From: Eledone cirrhosa
Taxonomy: Eukaryota
Length of the DNA stretch: 64,000 nt
Assembly (NCBI GenBank): GCA_964016885.1
Contig: OZ024752.1
Coordinates: forward strand, 28,892,001 to 28,956,000
Direction of reading: 5' to 3'
Part shown: positions 61,346 through 64,000 of the stretch, piece by piece
Layout: every line of letters starts with the position of its first letter
Position numbering within the stretch: position 1 is the first letter of the stretch
The notes under the pieces: model-generated
Databases searched by the model: none
What the model was told of the DNA's origin: nothing
The model's input: only the letters and a program-made list of their open reading frames with translations
Translations under genes and position numbers: made by a program

Positions 61346-63011
61346 ACCACCAACACCAGCCTATACATTCTACCAAGTAGCTGACCAACTAAAACAGAAA
61401 GGAAAAACCACCAAATCCTAATCACAAAGATCCCTTGATACAAAAGACACAAGAGATATATGGTTGGAGAGATGAATGGGGAAATGTGAAGGTCTGAAGA
61501 AAGGCTGCTTGGTCTGCCCAATTGTCTGACTATATGGCTAGTTTACTAGCTAGACTATCTAGGTGTATTGAAAGAAACACAGATAATTGCAGTCTTCTTG
61601 GCTCTTCGTTCTGATATTCATTTGCAAATTACTGCGATCTGATCTTAGCTTAACATGTTTCCTCGCTTGTACGTCTTTTGACTCTTGGCGCCTCACGTTT
61701 TTCATTATGCTACTCTGATTTGTGATTAATTTTCTTTCGATATCAAAGTTTCTAGGAGCCATACATATATTGCTTTCTCTTTATCGCCCCCCCCCCTCTT
61801 CTCTCTCCCTCTCCTCTCTCTCTCGCTCTCTCTCAATCTCTCGCTCTCCCTCTTCCTCACTCTATATACATATATATGTGTGCGTGTGTGTATGTATATG
61901 TATATGTGTGTGTGAGTAATCACATATACGCACCAAATTCATATACATATAGATACGTTCATATATATATGTGAATGTGTGAATGTGTATACATGTGTGA
62001 TTATGTGTGTGAATATATGTATTTATACATCTATATGAATATGGAACTCTTTTAGTCATGTCCGTCTGTTGGCATAAACCTATGTGTTTGTGTTTACGTA
62101 TGACTACAAAAGATTTTCTTTTTAATTAGAAAATAATGTCTGACGCGTATCGTAAACGGAATCTCACTTATATTTTAGACACGTTTGTGTGTGTATGTCT
62201 GTCAAAATGTTTTGATCTACTTATTTCATGTAGATTACTTCTGGGATTCAATCTTTTCAAATATATGTATTTCTGTATATCATATCTATAAGGTTCCTAG
62301 CAATAATTAATTGTATATTTTATTTGTGTTTATATTTTCATTCTGTAAGTATTATAAACAATTTGTAATAATATTTATACAACTGTGAATAAAACTGTTC
62401 TATCTTGTATTTATTCGACTATCGTTCGCAATTTGACCAAATTGTTAAGAACTTCTCATAGCAATCATTAGGTCCCATGGCATCTTGGCCAAGTGTCATT
62501 TACCATTTTTCTTTATATTTCTCTTTCGTACATACTGCTTTGTAGACGCCGTATGACCGACCGAATGGTTAAAGAGTTCACTTCACAGTCATTATGTACC
62601 AGGTTCGATCCCAACGCGGCGTGACATCTCGGACTAGTGTCTTGGGACTATCCATGCATTTTGGGGGAACTGGATTGACGGAAACTGTTTAGAAGCCTAT
62701 CATATTGACTGTACTCAGCTTGGTTGAACTTTAAGTCAAAAAAGTACTTGCTTGGGGGCATCAAGGGAAGAGGGGCGCTAATTTTATTCAAGTTGGATGG
62801 AACAAGTAACTGAGAGAGATGGAGAGCGGTAGACAGCGAAGGGAGAGAGAGGGGCGGGGAGAAAGAGAGAGAGAGGAAGACAGAAAATTTAGTGACTTGT
62901 TGGGGTTAGCTATATAATTTCCCATTTGTAGATGATGAAGGAAATATTATCCGTACAGATTGCCTAGTTGTGATTCGTTTTAACAAAAAAATGATCTCAT
63001 TTATTGTTGTC

Positions 63012-63070
<59 letters not shown>

Positions 63071-64000
63071 GCCGAGACGTTTTATGTTCGGAAAAATTGT
63101 TCGTGAACCGATTTGTTCGTGATGATAGGTTTTCGTAAACTTAGGTTCCACTGTATGTAAAATAATTGTTTCTACTTTAGGCACAAGGCCAGCAATTACC
63201 CAGTGCATTACTGGTACTTTATTTTATCGACCCCGTAAGGATGAAAGGCAAAGTCAACCTCGGCGGGATTTGAACTCAGATCGTAAAGGGACGTAACTAT
63301 GCTGGAAAGCATGGCGTCCGACCCTCTACCGATACTGCCAATCCACTGCCAATCCACTGTATGTAAAATAATTGTTTCTACTTTAGGCACAAGGCCAGCA
63401 ATTACCCAGTGCATTACTGGTATGTAAAATAATACTTCCAGACAAGAAGTTTGTAAAGGGTAAAGATGAGTGACCATGGGATTTGCACCTAGAAACTTGC
63501 CTTCCGGGGCACAAGTCCGGGCAAGGTTGTTTGTGGAAGACCAGCAGTCACCCATACATACCAGTTTTCCCTCTCCATGCCTCTAATGTTGTCCAAGGGA
63601 AAGGCTATAGCCGATACAACTTAGCACCAGTGACGCTGCAATTCATTTCTACAGCTGAATAAACTGGAGCAGCGTGAAATAAAGTGTCTTGAACACAACG
63701 CATCACCCAATCCTGGAATCGAACTCACAACCTCACGATTGCAGAGAGAGAGGAGGGGACCTTTCTCCAGCTGAGTAAACTGGAGCAACGTGAAATAAAA
63801 TGTCTTGCTCAAAAACACAACATACAGCCAGGTCCGGGAATCGAACTCACAAGAAGTTCGGAGTATGTAGATTAATTTAAGCAGTGAAAATATAAAATGG
63901 TTTCAACATTTGGCACAAAGCCAGAAATTTGAAGAGACGGGGAAAGTCGATTAAATCTACCCCAGTACGTAACTGGTACTTTATTTTATCGACCCGACCC

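Noticed and set aside
59388-61421. 677-aa and 638-aa Pro/Thr/His ORFs
   Set aside because: Produced by a stop-free 37-bp minisatellite, starting inside or beside a SINE.
61559-61762. Short non-repetitive ORF
   Set aside because: No recognisable motif or convincing splice context.

Overview
AT-rich, microsatellite-laden animal genomic DNA, almost certainly cephalopod (octopus-like). One host gene is visible: a minus-strand S-crystallin (sigma-class GST-derived lens protein). Five coding exons can be assembled by eye (21942-21810, 15477-15382, 12261-12146, 4583-4530, 2112-2005); the last exon was not found and probably lies left of the window. The rest is mostly mobile DNA inserted into (TA)n/(GATA)n tracts. 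It includes two large 5'-truncated Penelope-like elements (PLE; RT + Zn-finger + GIY-YIG), many PLE fragments from other families, a near full-length CR1/L2-group LINE, L1/Tx1 and RTE fragments, a Helitron derivative, tRNA-derived SINEs and minisatellites. Three things stand out. (1) About ten unrelated sequence families of minimal type I hammerhead-ribozyme motifs occur, many in short non-coding fold-back insertions. (2) The LINE has an ORF1 with a Myb/SANT-like domain and a CCCH finger, joined to an AUG-less ORF2 by an HIV-like -1 slippery site (A AAU UUU UUA) with a candidate pseudoknot. (3) Inverted duplications of flanking DNA recur around TA tracts or tiny PLE fragments. All calls were made by eye with no database searches, so element boundaries are approximate. 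Most ORFs in the supplied track are microsatellite artefacts.
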